DNA from: Myxococcota bacterium
Lineage (GTDB): Bacteria > Myxococcota_A > UBA9160 > UBA4427
NCBI GenBank assembly: GCA_965250285.1
Contig: OZ252299.1
Span: 3,072,001 to 3,136,000 of the forward strand
Direction: 5' to 3'
Length of the DNA stretch: 64,000 nucleotides
Below the pieces are notes generated by a model. That model was not told where the DNA came from and made no database searches. It worked only from the letters and a program-made list of their open reading frames with translations. Each line of letters opens with the position of its first letter. The first letter of the stretch is position 1. Positions 10,321 through 20,422 of the stretch are shown in pieces. The position numbers and the translations under genes are program-made.

Positions 10321-11061
10321 ATGGCCGAGTTCACCCTCTACGACGTGAGCGAAGGCGTCGCCACGATCACGCTCGACAACCCCGAGAAGCTGAACGCCTA
10401 CAACACGGTGATGGGCGACGAGGTGGTCGAGCTGCTGCGCGGCGCGCGCGACGACGACGCGGTGCGCGCGGTGATCCTGACGGGCGCGGGCCGCGGCTTC
10501 TGCGCGGGCGTCGACCTCGATCACTTGAAGGCCCACATGGCGGGCGCCAGCGCGGGCAAGGGGCCGAAGCTCGGCGAAGAGGACTTCCTCAAGAAGATGC
10601 CCCTCGAGATGATGGAGTACCCGAAGCCCATCATCGCTGCGATCAACGGCCACGCAATCGGTGTCGGCATGACCATGGTACTGCCCTGCGACATCCGCAT
10701 CGCAGCCGAGGGCGCCAAGCTCGGCCTCGCTTTCGCGAAGCTCGGCATCCTACCGGGGCTGGGCTCGACCCACGTGCTGCCGCGGCTGGTCGGCATGGCC
10801 AAGGCCCAGGAGCTCGTGCTCACCGCAAAGAACATCCTCGCCGAAGAGGCGGCCGCGATCGGTCTCGTGAACCACGTGGTGCCCGGCGACCAGCTGATCG
10901 AGACCGCCCGCGCCCTCGCTCTCGAGATCGCGGCGCACGACCCCGAGGTCGTGCGCTTCGCGAAGCGCGTGCTCTACGAAGGCGCCGGCCTCGACATGGC
11001 CTCTGCCATGAAGAACGAGCAGGAGCGCAGCGCCGAGCTGAGGGCGGCGCGGGGCAAGTAG
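10321..11061 (+). CDS. Enoyl-CoA hydratase/isomerase family protein
   Basis: GRGFCAGVDL, KPIIAAINGHAIGVG, LPRLVG. Confidence 0.9.
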   Translation: MAEFTLYDVSEGVATITLDNPEKLNAYNTVMGDEVVELLRGARDDDAVRAVILTGAGRGFCAGVDLDHLKAHMAGASAGKGPKLGEEDFLKKMPLEMMEYPKPIIAAINGHAIGVGMTMVLPCDIRIAAEGAKLGLAFAKLGILPGLGSTHVLPRLVGMAKAQELVLTAKNILAEEAAAIGLVNHVVPGDQLIETARALALEIAAHDPEVVRFAKRVLYEGAGLDMASAMKNEQERSAELRAARGK

Positions 11062-11164
11062 TCGAGCCACTCGGCTTTCAGGCGACGGCGAAGCACCCCC
11101 CGGCAAGAGTCGCACCCAGCGAAGCCCCCCCTGGGGGTCGAACCGTTCGGCTGCCCCGTCCAGA

Positions 11165-11193
11165 TTTCCAAACGATCGTTCATTGGGTACCCT
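11165..11193 (+). promoter_or_regulatory. Putative sigma70 promoter (TTTCCA-17-TACCCT) with palindrome AACGATCGTT in the spacer, upstream of the P450
   Basis: Hexamers at 11165-11170 and 11188-11193; perfect 10-bp palindrome at 11171-11180, a typical repressor (TetR-like) position. Confidence 0.45.
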
Positions 11194-11350
11194 TGGCGCG
11201 TTCCGGGTCTCGGGTTGCGCTGAGCGGCTCGAGAACGGTGGCCACTTCAGGGCACCGTCCCACCCACCGATCTCGTCGGGCACGCCGCGTCGCTGCCAGG
11301 TCGCTGCGCGCCGCATGTCCGACCCACCGCCCCCGTCCCTCGAGGTAGCC

Positions 11351-12610
11351 ATGCCCATCGATCTCGATCAGCTCGAGCACAACATCATCCACCCCGACAC
11401 GTACGCGCAGCACGGGTACCCGCACGACGTGTGGACGAAGCTGCGCGCCGAAGACCCCGTGTGCTGGTGGGACAAGACCGATGGCATGCCCTTCTGGGCG
11501 ATCACCAAGCACGAAGACATCATCGAGATCGGCAAGCAGCCCGACAAGTTCATCAGCGGTCCGCGCATCACGATCAGCCACGAGCAGGAGCCGGCCGAGG
11601 ACGAGATGTCCGGGTTCCCGAAGACGCTGATCCAGATGGACAACCCGCAGCACACGGTCTTTCGCCAGCTGATCGCGAAGCGCTTCACGCCCCGGTACCT
11701 GAAGGCCGTCAGCCACGACGTCGAGGTGATCGGCGAGGAGATCGTCGACAAGCTCTTCGAGAAGTCTTCGGGCGGCGAAGGCGAGTGCGACTTCGTCGAA
11801 GAGGTCTCGGCCCCGCTCCCGATCGCCGTCATCGGCTGGCTGCTCGGCGTGCCGAAGGAAGACTGGCCGATGCTCTACGACTGGACGAATGCCATCATCG
11901 GCGCCGGCGACCCCGACTTTGCCGAAGGAGACATGTCGGCGGTCGAGCAGGGGCGCGCGAAGATCGTCGAGCTCTTCACCTACTTCGCGAAGCTCATCGA
12001 AGCGAAAGAGAAGAACCCCGACGACGCCCTCGTCACGCACTTCAACAACATGCGCGTCGACGACAAGCCCCTCGAGCTGATGGACAAGCTCGCGTGGTGC
12101 CTGATCATCACCGTGGCCGGCAACGAGACCACCCGCAACGCGACGAGCGGCGGCATGCTCGGCATGATCGAGAATCAGGATCAGCTGCGCCGCTGCCAAC
12201 AGGACATGAGCTTGCTGCCGAGCGCCATCGAAGAGATGATCCGGTGGTCGACGCCGATCATTCACTTCGCTCGAGAGGCCACGTGCGACTACGAGCTGCG
12301 GGGCAAGACGATCAAGAAGGGCGACCCGGTCGCGCTGTTCTACCCCTCGGCCAACCGCGACGAGGACATCTTCGAAGACCCCTTCCGCTTTGACATCGGA
12401 CGCAACCCGAACCGACACCTCTCGTTCGGCATGGGCGAGCACTTCTGCGTCGGTTCGCACCTCGCGCGCATGGAGATGATCGTCGCGTATCGCCACATCA
12501 TCCCGCGCCTGCAGGAGGTCGAGCTGACCGGACCGCCCGACCGGCTGTGGTCGAGCCTCGTCGGCGGCGTCAAGCGCCTGCCGATCCGCTACAAGGTCTC
12601 GGCCTCGTAG
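11351..12610 (+). CDS. Cytochrome P450 (CYP125/CYP124/CYP142-like clan, tentative)
   Basis: AGNETT I-helix, EMIR (ExxR), SANRDE, FGMGEHFCVG heme-Cys motif; GAGG RBS before ATG 11351. Confidence 0.93.
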   Translation: MPIDLDQLEHNIIHPDTYAQHGYPHDVWTKLRAEDPVCWWDKTDGMPFWAITKHEDIIEIGKQPDKFISGPRITISHEQEPAEDEMSGFPKTLIQMDNPQHTVFRQLIAKRFTPRYLKAVSHDVEVIGEEIVDKLFEKSSGGEGECDFVEEVSAPLPIAVIGWLLGVPKEDWPMLYDWTNAIIGAGDPDFAEGDMSAVEQGRAKIVELFTYFAKLIEAKEKNPDDALVTHFNNMRVDDKPLELMDKLAWCLIITVAGNETTRNATSGGMLGMIENQDQLRRCQQDMSLLPSAIEEMIRWSTPIIHFAREATCDYELRGKTIKKGDPVALFYPSANRDEDIFEDPFRFDIGRNPNRHLSFGMGEHFCVGSHLARMEMIVAYRHIIPRLQEVELTGPPDRLWSSLVGGVKRLPIRYKVSAS

Positions 12611-12634
12611 GGCGTCGCGTCAGGGCGTCGCGTC
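12609..12634. repeat. 13-bp tandem duplication AGGGCGTCGCGTC x2 between convergent stops
   Basis: Directly visible at 12609-12621 and 12622-12634. Confidence 0.7.
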
Positions 12635-13247
12635 AGGAAGACTCGTCCCAGGGCATGGGCGGGATCGGCCGGCCGAGCGCGCGCATCAGCAGCTCGAGGA
12701 ACCGGTAGCTGAGCCCCCAGAGCGCGAGCGACGGCGGCTCGAACACCTGGATCGCCGGCAGCTCGAGCGTCTGCCCCAGATACTCGAAGCCACTGACCGT
12801 GTGGTGTGTCGGTGCCTCGATGTCGGCGAGCGACATGAAGCGCGTCGCGTCGACCTCGTGGTTGGCGCGCACGGTGGGCCGCTCGCTCAGGCCATAGACA
12901 AAGCCCGATACGACGAGCGACGCCGATCGGCCCGAGAGATCGTCGAGCCGGCCCAGCGCCCGGGCACCGGTCAGATCGACGCCGACCTCTTCGCGGGTCT
13001 CGCGCACCGCCGCCGCGCGTGCGTCGGCGTCGGTGGCGTCGAGGCGGCCGCCGGGAAACGCCGTGTGGCCCGACCAGAAGTCGCGCGGATCGTGACGCCG
13101 CCGAATGAAGAGCAGATCGAGATCGCCGGCGTACTCATGCGGCACCATCACCAGCGCGACGCTCGCGTGCGACTCGAAGCGAGCCGCATCGTGCAGCACG
13201 GGCGGCTGCGCCCCGAGCGCCTTCTCGACCTCGGCCAGCGTCGTCAT
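12633..13247 (-). CDS. Nudix hydrolase, CoA pyrophosphatase type
   Basis: WSGHTAFPGG..AAVRETREEVG Nudix box and LWGLSY; ATG overlaps the upstream TGA (TGATG). Confidence 0.85.
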   Translation of the reverse strand: MTTLAEVEKALGAQPPVLHDAARFESHASVALVMVPHEYAGDLDLLFIRRRHDPRDFWSGHTAFPGGRLDATDADARAAAVRETREEVGVDLTGARALGRLDDLSGRSASLVVSGFVYGLSERPTVRANHEVDATRFMSLADIEAPTHHTVSGFEYLGQTLELPAIQVFEPPSLALWGLSYRFLELLMRALGRPIPPMPWDESS

Positions 13248-14773
13248 CAGATGCGCTTCTCTCGGCCCGCCCAGTAGCGCTCCTTGAGGCGGCGGATGTA
13301 GAGCTTGCCCGACGGGTGCCGCGGCAGCTCGGCCTCGAAGTCGATGCTGCGCGGCACCTTGTAGTGCGCGAGATGTGCGCGTCCGAAGTCGATCAGCGCC
13401 TGCTCGAGCGCTGGCCCCGCCTCGAAGCCTTCGTTCAGCTCGACCGCCGCCTTGACCTGCTCGCCCCACTCGTCGTCGGGGATGCCGAACACACCGACGT
13501 CGGCCACGGCGGGATGCTCCTGCAGGCAGTTCTCGACCTCGACGGGGTAGATGTTCACCCCGCCCGAGATGATCATGTTCGACTTGCGATCGGCGAGGTG
13601 CACGTAGCCTTCGGCATCGACCCAGCCGATGTCGCCGATCGTGAACACGCCCGGCTCGAGGTACGAGCGCGCGGTCTTCTCGGGATCGCGGTGGTACTCG
13701 AAGACGCGGTCGAGGTGCGCGTGGCGGCAATAGAGGTCGCCGGTCTCGCCGGCGGGCAGCCGATCGCCGTTCTCGTCGACGGCGAAGACTTCGAACGCCG
13801 CGAGCGTGCGCCCGACCGTGCCGGGATGAGCGAGCCACTCGTCGCTGTCGATCAGCGTGTTGACCCCGCCCTCGGTGGCGCCCCAGTACTCGACGAGCAC
13901 GGGGCCGAACCACTCGATCATGCGCGTCTTGACGGGGACCGACACCGGTGCCGCGCCGTGCAGCACGCGCTTCAGATCGGGGGCCGCGAACCGCGCCTCC
14001 CCGTCGCGCAGCCGAAGCAAGCGCACGAACATCGTCGGCACGAGATGCGTGTGCGCGATCTGCTTCTCGCGCACGATGTCGAGAAAGCCCTGCTCGTCCC
14101 ATCGCGGCATGATGACGATGGGCGCACCGTTCGCGTTGTCGTAGATCGCGAACATCAGCGGCGCCGCGTGATACATCGGCCCGGTGATCAGGTGCGGGCC
14201 GCTGCCGTCGAGCCCGACGTGGGTGCCGTTTCGCGCGAGCAGTTCGAGCCCCTCGCGCAGGGTCGACGGGCGGGCGCGCTTGACGCCCTTCGGTCGCCCC
14301 GTGGTGCCGCTCGTGTAGATCATGTTGAGGCCGGAGGGCCCATCGAGATCGGGCAGCTCAGTCGACGCGTCGGCGAGGCGCCCCTCGAGGTCGTCGCCGA
14401 CCTCGATCACGACCACACCGCCGAGGCGATCCGCGATGGCGTGCGCCTGGTCGGCGTGGTGGGTGTCGGTGAAGAGCACCCGGGTCTCCGAATCCTCGAC
14501 CACGTAGGCGATCTCGTCCTCGGCCAGGTGCCAGTTGATCGGGGTGATCCAGACGCCCGCGAGCACGGCTCCGAGGATCAGCTCGACGATCTCGGTTCGG
14601 TTCTGCATCAGGTACGCGACGTGCTCGTCGGGCGCGACGCCGAGGTCGCGTCGCACGAGGTTCGCCACCCGACAGCTGCGCTCATGCAGCTCGGCCCAGG
14701 TGCGCGTGCGCTCGCCGTCGTCGACGGCGATCTCGTCGGGCGAACGACCGCCCCCATGATGCTCGGCGAGCAT
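13247..14773 (-). CDS. Acyl-CoA synthetase (AMP-binding)
   Basis: YTSGTTGRPKG, YWGATEG, GDIG, DRKSNMIISGG, PSGK. Confidence 0.92.
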   Translation of the reverse strand: MLAEHHGGGRSPDEIAVDDGERTRTWAELHERSCRVANLVRRDLGVAPDEHVAYLMQNRTEIVELILGAVLAGVWITPINWHLAEDEIAYVVEDSETRVLFTDTHHADQAHAIADRLGGVVVIEVGDDLEGRLADASTELPDLDGPSGLNMIYTSGTTGRPKGVKRARPSTLREGLELLARNGTHVGLDGSGPHLITGPMYHAAPLMFAIYDNANGAPIVIMPRWDEQGFLDIVREKQIAHTHLVPTMFVRLLRLRDGEARFAAPDLKRVLHGAAPVSVPVKTRMIEWFGPVLVEYWGATEGGVNTLIDSDEWLAHPGTVGRTLAAFEVFAVDENGDRLPAGETGDLYCRHAHLDRVFEYHRDPEKTARSYLEPGVFTIGDIGWVDAEGYVHLADRKSNMIISGGVNIYPVEVENCLQEHPAVADVGVFGIPDDEWGEQVKAAVELNEGFEAGPALEQALIDFGRAHLAHYKVPRSIDFEAELPRHPSGKLYIRRLKERYWAGREKRI

Positions 14774-14782
14774 GGCGTGCCT

Positions 14783-15238
14783 CTACTTCGGAATCTCGTG
14801 GTTCTGCGGCAGGCCGCCCTCGACGAACACCTGCTCTTCGAAGCGCTTCGCGATGCGCCAGCCCGCATCGGTGCGCACCAGCTCGTCGACGTACCACGCC
14901 CACACGGTGAACTGCTGCTGACCGCCGCCCTCCTGGGGGATCACCATCGGGTTGTTCACGAGGGTCTTGCCCTTCGCTCGATCGCCGTCGAGCTCGATCG
15001 TCGAGTTCGTGATCGCGTGAATCGTGATCGGGAACGCCGCGAGCGCCTTGTCGAGCCAGGCGCGCACCTCGGGGTATTTGCCCGCGATGCCACCGCTCGT
15101 CGTGTAATCGATGTCCGCGTCGGCCGTGAAGACGGTGTCGAGCAGGCTCCAGTCCTTGTCATCGATGGCCTTCGTGTAGCGGACGAGCAGATCGTCGATC
15201 TCGATCCGATCCGAAACCTGCTGGAGGGTGAGCGACAT
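14783..15238 (-). CDS. NTF2/SnoaL-like protein
   Basis: DRIEIDDLLVRY..IDDKDW..FTADA..H..TN..YVDELVRT..GWRI pattern. Confidence 0.85.
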   Translation of the reverse strand: MSLTLQQVSDRIEIDDLLVRYTKAIDDKDWSLLDTVFTADADIDYTTSGGIAGKYPEVRAWLDKALAAFPITIHAITNSTIELDGDRAKGKTLVNNPMVIPQEGGGQQQFTVWAWYVDELVRTDAGWRIAKRFEEQVFVEGGLPQNHEIPK

Positions 15239-15300
15239 GGGGGCTCCTTCTCTACCTGTGACTCTCGGGTCTCTTCGAAGCGCGGCGCGCGTCGCCGGGT

Positions 15301-16746
15301 TCAGCTCGGCAGGCGCGCCTCGCGCAGCGCCGAGCGCCGCACCTTGCCGGCGTCGTCGCGCAGGGGCTCGGTCACGAACTCGAACGTCCGGGGGATCTTG
15401 TAGCGCACGAGCAGGTCAGCGAGGTGCGCGCGCAGGTCGCCCTCACCCACGCCGCCGGGCGCATCGACGAGCGCGTGCACCCGCTGACCGAGATCCTCAT
15501 CGGGCAAGCCGATCACCGCGCTCGAGCGCACGGCGACGTGGGCGTCGATCGCGGCCTCGACTTCGGCCGGATAGACGTTGGCACCGCCGGTCACGATCAT
15601 GTCGGTCTCGCGGTCGACGAGATAGAGGTACCCGTCGGCGTCGACGTAGCCGAGGTCACCGAGCGTCTCCCAGCCATCCGGCGTGGCCTTGGCCTGGGCC
15701 CCCTTGTACGCATACGTCGAGCCCTGCCCGCCCGGCGGCATCATGTAGACGAGCCCGATCTCACCGACGGGCTGCTCCGCACCCTCCTCGTCGAGGATCC
15801 GAATCTTGCGGTCGCCGGTCGGTCGACCGACCGACCCGGGATGCTCGAGCCACTCTGTGCCCGAGATCATCGTGCCGCCGATGCGCTCCGAGCCGCCGTA
15901 GGCCTCGAAGATCTTCTCGGGGCCGAGCCACTCGATCCACGCCCGCTTCAGCCACTGCGGACTCGCCGCGCCGCTGCTCATCACGGCGTTCAGCGACGAG
16001 ACGTCGTAGCGGCGGCGCGTCTCTTCCGGCAGGCGCCAGATGCGTTGCATCATGGTGGGCACGAAGAGCACCCAGTCGACGCGGTGGCGCTCGATCTCGG
16101 CGAGGCACGCTTCGGCCTCGAAGCGCTCCATCAAGATCACCGTTCCGCCCGAGAGCAGGCATTGCCACGAAGTGATGAAGGGCCCTGCGTGGTAGAGCGG
16201 GCCCGCGGTGAGGATCGTGCCCTCGCACTGCATCAGGTTCTCGGCCGCCTCGGGGTCGACCTCGGCGGGGCTGCGATCGATGATCACCTTGGGGCGCCCC
16301 GTGCTGCCGCCCGACGTCATGGCCCGAGCACAGTCGGCCCGCTGTTCTTCGAGCAGGGGGCCGTCGGGGTCGAGCGAAGCGCCGTCCGGCATGCACGCCA
16401 CGTGGCCATAGCTGCCCGGAGCAGCGCCGACGAGCACCGCGGGGCGCGCCGTCTCGACGATCGCGCGACGCTCGGCTTCGGGGAGCCGAGCCGAGACCGG
16501 GTTCGGGGTCGCGCCGAGAATCCACGCGCCGAGACACGCCTCGAAGAATGCCGGCTCGTTCGGGAGCGCAACGGTCACCAGATCACCGGCCGAAACGCCT
16601 CGATCTGCGAAGGCCCGCGCCCACGCATGCCCTGCCCTCAGCAGGTCGTCTCGTGTGACCGTCCGGCCCCCGAACACGACGGCCACCGCTTCGGGCGCGC
16701 GCTCGGCCCAGAATCGAAAGGCCTGGCCGTACGACATCTTCGGCAT
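15301..16746 (-). CDS. Acyl-CoA synthetase (AMP-binding; bile-acid-CoA-ligase-like)
   Basis: MTSGGSTGRPK, YGGSE, GDLG, DAGKVRR; start taken at MPKMSYG. Confidence 0.9.
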   Translation of the reverse strand: MPKMSYGQAFRFWAERAPEAVAVVFGGRTVTRDDLLRAGHAWARAFADRGVSAGDLVTVALPNEPAFFEACLGAWILGATPNPVSARLPEAERRAIVETARPAVLVGAAPGSYGHVACMPDGASLDPDGPLLEEQRADCARAMTSGGSTGRPKVIIDRSPAEVDPEAAENLMQCEGTILTAGPLYHAGPFITSWQCLLSGGTVILMERFEAEACLAEIERHRVDWVLFVPTMMQRIWRLPEETRRRYDVSSLNAVMSSGAASPQWLKRAWIEWLGPEKIFEAYGGSERIGGTMISGTEWLEHPGSVGRPTGDRKIRILDEEGAEQPVGEIGLVYMMPPGGQGSTYAYKGAQAKATPDGWETLGDLGYVDADGYLYLVDRETDMIVTGGANVYPAEVEAAIDAHVAVRSSAVIGLPDEDLGQRVHALVDAPGGVGEGDLRAHLADLLVRYKIPRTFEFVTEPLRDDAGKVRRSALREARLPS

Positions 16747-16774
16747 CGTCGTTCGCTCGCGAGCCCGGGCGGGC

Positions 16775-17632
16775 TCAGGCCCCGCCCGCGTTGCGGCCGG
16801 AACGCGGGTTTCGAGGCGAGAAGAAGAGCCCGGCTGCGTTCTCGTAGAGGTACTTCTCGAGCACGCCTTCACGCAGGTCGAGCTTCTTGGCTTCGTCGAT
16901 CACCCGCCGCATGTCGAGCACCGGGTGATCGGACGCGTACATGACCTTGTGCTTGCCCCGGGTGTTCATGAAGTGGACGAACTCGTCGGGGAAGTACTTC
17001 GGCAGGTACGCCGACGTCATCATGTAGAGGTTCTGGTACTTGATCATCAGGCGGGTGGCCTCGCCCCACCACGGATCGGCGCCGTGCGCCATGCACACCT
17101 TGAGCTTCGGAAAGTCGAGGCACACGCGGTCGAGGTGCATCGGATGCTGGCACTCGCCCGGCATCGGCGGCCCGGGGATGCCGGTGTTGATCGAGATCGG
17201 CAGGTCGAGGTCGCAGCACTTCGCGTAGAGCGGGTAGTAGCTGCGGTGATTGGGAGCGAGGTCGTGCAGGAAGGGCACGACCCGAGCCATCACGACCGGC
17301 GCCCGCGCCGCGAGATCTTCGAGCGCCCACGCGGCCTTCATGTGCTTCGTCGGGTCGCAGTTTGCGGCGAGTGCGAAGCGACCCGGCTCGGCTTCACAGA
17401 AGGCGAGCACCTCTTCGACGGGATGGAAGACGTCGGTCGACAGCACGGCCTTTTCGACGCCCGCCTCGTCCATCTGCGTGAGCAGCTCTTCGATCGAGAG
17501 CTTCTTGAAGAACGAGTCGTCGCCCTTGAAGTAGTCCTCCTTGACGCGCTCGAGGTACTTCGGTGCGGGTCGCCCGCCGAGCATGTCGACGTTCACCCAG
17601 GGGTCGATCGCCTTGATCGGGCCGCCGCTCAT
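16775..17632 (-). CDS. Amidohydrolase_2 family protein
   Basis: YYPLYAKCCDLDLP, MAHGADPW, MTSAYLPKY, YASDHP; GGAGGT RBS. Confidence 0.85.
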   Translation of the reverse strand: MSGGPIKAIDPWVNVDMLGGRPAPKYLERVKEDYFKGDDSFFKKLSIEELLTQMDEAGVEKAVLSTDVFHPVEEVLAFCEAEPGRFALAANCDPTKHMKAAWALEDLAARAPVVMARVVPFLHDLAPNHRSYYPLYAKCCDLDLPISINTGIPGPPMPGECQHPMHLDRVCLDFPKLKVCMAHGADPWWGEATRLMIKYQNLYMMTSAYLPKYFPDEFVHFMNTRGKHKVMYASDHPVLDMRRVIDEAKKLDLREGVLEKYLYENAAGLFFSPRNPRSGRNAGGA

Positions 17633-17779
17633 CCCACCTCCATCGCGATGCGCCGCCGAAGCGCCCGGGCGACGCGCCAGGGGCCTGTGTGGGCCGGCGA
17701 GCGTAGCAGGACGCTTGTCCTGCGAGGCGCTCGAGACGTATCCTCGGGGCTCGGGCACGATCGCCCGGGGAGACCCCAC

Positions 17780-18331
17780 ATGCCTTTTCATCATCTCGCC
17801 GTGGCGGCCCGCGACATGCGGGCGATCGACGTCTTCTACACCGAAGCCACCGGCTTCGACCTCGTCAAGGTCGAGCTCGGCCAGACGCCGACCGGCGGCT
17901 GGGCCAAGCACTTCTTCTACGAAACCGGTGAAGACGAGATGATGGCCTTCTGGGAGCTACACGACGAGACGATCCCCGACACGTTCCCCACGGCGCTGTC
18001 GAAGGGGGTCGGCCTGCCTGAGTGGGTCAATCACATCGCGTTCAAGGCGAGCGACGCCGCCGACATGGAGAAGCGCAAGCAGCGCTGGCTCGAGCACGGG
18101 TACGACGTGCTCGAGATCGATCATCGCTGGTGCTACTCGATCTACACGACCGACCCGAACGGCACGCTCGTCGAGTTCTGTCGCACCACGCAATCCTTCG
18201 ACGAAGACGACCGTGCCAAGGCCCGCGCGGCCCTCGAACGCGACGACCTCGAGTTCGAAGACGTGAAGCCGAAGGTCTCGTTCCACCAGGCGGGCAAGCC
18301 TCCGGCTCACCTCGCCGCTGAACAGAGCTGA
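17780..18331 (+). CDS. VOC (glyoxalase/dioxygenase) family protein
   Basis: FHHLA, KHFFY, NHIAF, SIYTTDPNGTLVEF. Confidence 0.85.
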   Translation: MPFHHLAVAARDMRAIDVFYTEATGFDLVKVELGQTPTGGWAKHFFYETGEDEMMAFWELHDETIPDTFPTALSKGVGLPEWVNHIAFKASDAADMEKRKQRWLEHGYDVLEIDHRWCYSIYTTDPNGTLVEFCRTTQSFDEDDRAKARAALERDDLEFEDVKPKVSFHQAGKPPAHLAAEQS

Positions 18332-18351
18332 AGAGAGCTGACGAGATCCCC

Positions 18352-19182
18352 ATGAAGATCGGCCTGTACGGCATCAACATCGGCCCCTGCTCCGAGCCCG
18401 AGATCCTCGCCGAGGCGGCGACCCGCGCCGAGCAGGCCGGCCTCGATTCGGTCTGGACCGCCGAGCACGTGGTCTTGCCCGACCCCCAGGCGCCGCCATC
18501 GCCGAGCCCGCCGCACATGAAGCTGCTCGACCCCGCCGTGGCCCTGGGCTTCGCCGCTGCGCACACCGAGCGCATCCTGCTCGCCACGGGCATCGTGATC
18601 CTGCCGCAGCGAAACCCGGTCGTCGCCGCGAAAGAGTTCGCCACCGTCGATCGGCTCTCGAAGGGGCGCCTCGTCTTCGGCGTGGCCGCCGGCTATCTCC
18701 ACCAGGAATTCGAGGCCCTGGGCGTACCCTTCGGAGATCGAGGTCGACGCACCGACGACTACATCGAAGCCATCCGCGTACTCTGGAAGGATGAGCAGCC
18801 CGAGTACGACGGGCCGTTCGTTCGCTTCGGCCAGATCCAGCAGCAACCACAGCCCGTGCAGACGCCGCACCCACCGATCGTCATCGGCGGCATGAGCGAT
18901 GCAGCCCTCGATCGCGCGGCGAGACTCGGGGATGGCTGGTACGGCTTCGCCCTCGACGTCGACGCCACCCGCTCATGCCTCGAGAAGCTGCGCGCGAACC
19001 CCGCCCTGGGCTCGCGCCCGGGCTTCGAGACCAGCCTCTCGCCGCTCGGGCTACCCGACGCCGACACCGCCAAGCGCTACGCCGAACTCGGCCTCGACCG
19101 ACTGGTCGTCACGCCGTTCGCGCGCACGGCAGACGATCTGTGGCGGGCCATCGACCACGCCGCCCAGCTCGTCTCGAGCTGA
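18352..19182 (+). CDS. LLM-class (probably F420-dependent, TIGR03619-like) oxidoreductase
   Basis: SVWTAEHVVLP, LPQRNP..AKEFATVDRLSKGR, PQPVQTPHPPI, GDGWYG. Confidence 0.85.
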   Translation: MKIGLYGINIGPCSEPEILAEAATRAEQAGLDSVWTAEHVVLPDPQAPPSPSPPHMKLLDPAVALGFAAAHTERILLATGIVILPQRNPVVAAKEFATVDRLSKGRLVFGVAAGYLHQEFEALGVPFGDRGRRTDDYIEAIRVLWKDEQPEYDGPFVRFGQIQQQPQPVQTPHPPIVIGGMSDAALDRAARLGDGWYGFALDVDATRSCLEKLRANPALGSRPGFETSLSPLGLPDADTAKRYAELGLDRLVVTPFARTADDLWRAIDHAAQLVSS

Positions 19183-19191
19183 GCCCGGGCG

Positions 19192-20367
19192 TCAGCCGCC
19201 GGCGAACTCGCGGCGCACGGCTTCGGTGTGCGCACCGAGATCGGCCGGCTCGACGAGGTGGGCGCCCGTGTCGAAGCCGGCGCCGAGTTTGATCGGGGTG
19301 CCCAGCGCCAGGTGGCCTCCGAGCTCGACGATCGTCCCCCGGGCCTTCAGGTCGGGGTCGACCGCGACTTCGGTGAAGTCGCGCAGCTGCGCCGCGGGCA
19401 CCTCGGCTGCCTCGAAGATCTCGATCCAGACCTCTGCGGGACGCGTTGCGAGGGTCGCCTCGAACTCGGCGTCGAAGGCTTCGCGATGGGTCGAGGCGAG
19501 GGGCTCGGGAAACCCGAATCGCGGATCATCGGCCCACTCGGGATGCCCCATCGCCCGGCTGAGCGCGGCGAGCTGCGCGCTGCTGCCGATGCACAGCGCG
19601 ATGCGCCCGTCGCCCTGACAGCGAAACACACCAAAGGGGTGGATCATCGGCGAGTCGTTGCCTCGCAGCCCCGGATCGGTGCCCGTCACCAGGGCCTGCG
19701 TGACCTGATCCCCCTGGAGCAGCAGCATCGCGTCTTGCATGCCGATGTCGATGTGCGCGCCCTCGCCCGTTTGCTCTCGCGCGTAGAGCGCCATCGCACA
19801 CGCACCGAAGGCGTGGACGGCGGCGTTCGCATCCGAGATCGAGGCCCCCGCCTTGGTCGGCTCGCCACCGGGATGGCCGGTCGCACGCATGAAACCCGAC
19901 GTGGCCTGCACGACGACGTCGAAGGCCGGGTGGTCGGCCCAGGCGCCGGTCTGTCCGAAGCCCGACACAGAGACGTAGACGAGGCGCGGATTGCCCGCCC
20001 GCAACACCTCGGCGTCGAGGCCGAGGCGGGCCATCACACCGGGTCGAAAGTTCTCGACGAGCACGTCGGCCCGGGCCGCGATCCGCCGCACGAGCGCGAC
20101 GTCGTCGGCGCGCTTGAGGTCGAGGACGACGCTCTCCTTGCCGCGACCGTAGAGCGACATGAGGGCCGATTGCGTCGGACCGTAGAGATCGGGCCGGCGC
20201 GCATGATCGACCCCCATCGACCGCAGCGGATCGCCGCCGGGCGGCTCGATGCGAATCACTCGTGCGCCATGATCGGCGAGATAGGTGGTGGCGAGCGGTC
20301 CCGAGATGAACTGCGTGAAGTCGAGGACGAGCAGCCCATCGAAGGGACGCGACCTCTCTGCACGCAT
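19192..20367 (-). CDS. Family III CoA transferase (CaiB/BaiF)
   Basis: LDFTQFISGP, GKESVVLDLK, ENFRPG, SVSGFGQTG, catalytic Asp in ASISD. Confidence 0.9.
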   Translation of the reverse strand: MRAERSRPFDGLLVLDFTQFISGPLATTYLADHGARVIRIEPPGGDPLRSMGVDHARRPDLYGPTQSALMSLYGRGKESVVLDLKRADDVALVRRIAARADVLVENFRPGVMARLGLDAEVLRAGNPRLVYVSVSGFGQTGAWADHPAFDVVVQATSGFMRATGHPGGEPTKAGASISDANAAVHAFGACAMALYAREQTGEGAHIDIGMQDAMLLLQGDQVTQALVTGTDPGLRGNDSPMIHPFGVFRCQGDGRIALCIGSSAQLAALSRAMGHPEWADDPRFGFPEPLASTHREAFDAEFEATLATRPAEVWIEIFEAAEVPAAQLRDFTEVAVDPDLKARGTIVELGGHLALGTPIKLGAGFDTGAHLVEPADLGAHTEAVRREFAGG

Positions 20368-20422
20368 CGCCCAACCCCCTACGCAGCGCCCCACCGCTCC
20401 TGGAGCGGGCGGCGGGCGGGGC

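Noticed and set aside
12609..12634. Tandem repeat as a CRISPR remnant or insertion target-site duplication
   Set aside because: Only two adjacent copies with no spacer, and no cas or transposase genes.
13316..15403. 695-aa + strand ORF (also 15424-16944)
   Set aside because: Antisense shadows of the acyl-CoA ligase and SnoaL genes.
16655..17779. N-terminal extension making a 558-aa VOC protein
   Set aside because: Antisense to the amidohydrolase; the VOC domain starts at 17780.
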